A DNA stretch of 46,363 bases, counting the filler, from Catajapyx aquilonaris (taxonomy: Eukaryota), in assembly GCA_000934665.2 (NCBI GenBank). It is 2 parts of 2 records of this genome, joined end to end, with 100 filler letters (N's around TTAATTAATTAA, not from the genome) between each part and the next. Parts side by side here need not be neighbours in the genome. Positions count along the whole stretch, not along the records: positions 23,247 to 46,363 come from KZ539406.1; 1 more part is not named here. One strand, 5' to 3'. Below are positions 45,112 to 46,363 of this stretch, one piece after another. The translations under genes were made by a program, and so were the position numbers. Below the pieces are notes generated by a model, which saw only the letters and a list, made by a program, of their open reading frames with translations, ran no database searches and had not been told where the DNA came from. Positions within the stretch are counted from its first letter, which is position 1; every line of letters starts with the position of its first letter.

Positions 45112-45587
45112 CGCCGCTTTCCCTTCCCGCCAAAAGTCCTAACCACCACCTATTTCCTTTCCCGGCAATACAGGTCTGCCAACTGATTCAATCTGAGCCT
45201 CAGAATATTCAGAATGCTGTCATATACGCTGCTACTTTCAGCCCCACTTTCTAACTATGCCGCCATCTTGGATCCGGATCTAGCAACTTAGTATCATTTT
45301 CAGCGGATAGCTTAGCTTAGAGTAAACCATTGCGACTTATTTGGCGGCGTAGCATGAACCTCCCGGAGCAAGCAAACAAGATATCAGCGGTGGGATCAGC
45401 AGGGGATTGGAGGTTGGCAAAGCCACAATAACGTCCGTTGGCCTCCGCCGCCACAAGACGGACAGGACTGTAAATGTTGCGGATACGAAACCCACAATAA
45501 TCGCCCAGCTCCGCTTCCTCTCCGCATTACCTAAAAATATCCTGCAGGGCGATGAACCCTCCTGGCGGGGCCACAACAGATGACAGT

Positions 45588-45853
45588 GGAGATAATGGAT
45601 ACCCCATGATAAGCTTCCTTCAGCTTTTTAGGGGATCATCTTTTAATTGACCATCCTTAATCATTGCCTTTGCTGTGATGGATTTTGATTGTGAGAGGAA
45701 ACGGGAGAACCCCCGAGAAAACCCACGCGAACACGGAGAGAACCCATCAAAACTATATCCACATAAGCATATACTCTGTCCGATCCGGGGATCGAACTCG
45801 AGACCTTAGAGGTGAAAGGCTGCGGCGCTAACCACTCCGCCACAGTGTCGCCC
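45588..45853 (-). mobile_element. tRNA-headed SINE, family B (V-domain-like core)
   Basis: Colinear with 25968-26236; TSD AACAGATGACAGT (45575-45587 / 45857-45869). Confidence 0.9.
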
Positions 45854-46041
45854 AATAACAGATGACAGTATCATAAAGCCATACAGCATTATTACCTACA
45901 CAAAGGGCAACTCCATCCCTCATGTTGCCCCATCACTCAAATATGCCTGTATCAGCTATTATCAGCTATTATTATTAGCCTTAATCATAGCCTTCTGGAT
46001 CCGGATCCAAAAGTCTTACACTGTATGTTCATTGACATAAT

Positions 46042-46275
46042 GTCATCCCAGCCTATGCCATGACGATCAACAATAACTCGCCCGGCCAGATCAGCACGTT
46101 ATCATTTCCCTGGATGAACCTGTCTTCTTCCAATCATGGCCAGCTGCATGTGGCACTGTCCCGGTCTCGCAACCCAAGTCAGGTCAAAGTGTTCACTACT
46201 CCTACTGCTCAACACGGAACATTGCTCGCCAACAACAGAGTGTTTGCACACAATGTTGTATATCGGCAAGAGTAA
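46042..46275 (+). pseudogene. Decayed Helitron Pif1-like helicase C-terminal fragment
   Basis: VIPAYAMTINNNSPGQ...SNHGQLHVALSRSR...VKV...NVVYRQE resembles Helitron RepHel motifs AMTINKSQGQ, FSHGQLYVALSR and the terminal NVVY.E. Confidence 0.85.
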
Positions 46276-46363
46276 ATAATACAGAGTGACTGACTCCCTA
46301 TGCTGTTCCATACTGGCCGTGTGCTCATCTCTTTGGTGGAAGTGTCGCCTCCCCACGAGGGCG

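Overview
Eukaryotic genomic DNA, most likely a hexapod arthropod (inferred from a three-repeat C-X5-C CPCFC cuticle protein), with ~50-70 nt introns and dense transposon content. Four host genes can be read by hand. (1) The last two exons of xylulose kinase (+, 3076-3418). (2) A complete two-exon CPCFC cuticular protein gene (-, 9272-10309). (3) A compact 12-exon LOTUS-LOTUS-Tudor gene of TDRD5/tejas type with an extra C-terminal domain (+, 15906-18953, ~706 aa). (4) The first three exons of G-alpha-q (+, 29477-40103, continuing past the window). The rest holds about 20 inverted-repeat elements (Tc1/mariner, PIF/Harbinger, hAT and piggyBac-like ends, some nested), at least three tRNA-headed SINE families sharing a 3' stem-loop, and mariner and Helitron relics. 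An artificial 100-bp N/TTAATTAATTAA linker at 23147-23246 means the two halves may not be adjacent. The most unusual signal is a 350-bp-arm palindrome (1-702) carrying two outward-reading copies of an unrecognised ORF that differ only at third codon positions. Other signals are a 68-bp hairpin with strand-polarised G:U pairs and MITEs visibly formed by mirroring a transposase 5' end. All homology calls are from recalled motifs; no searches were run.
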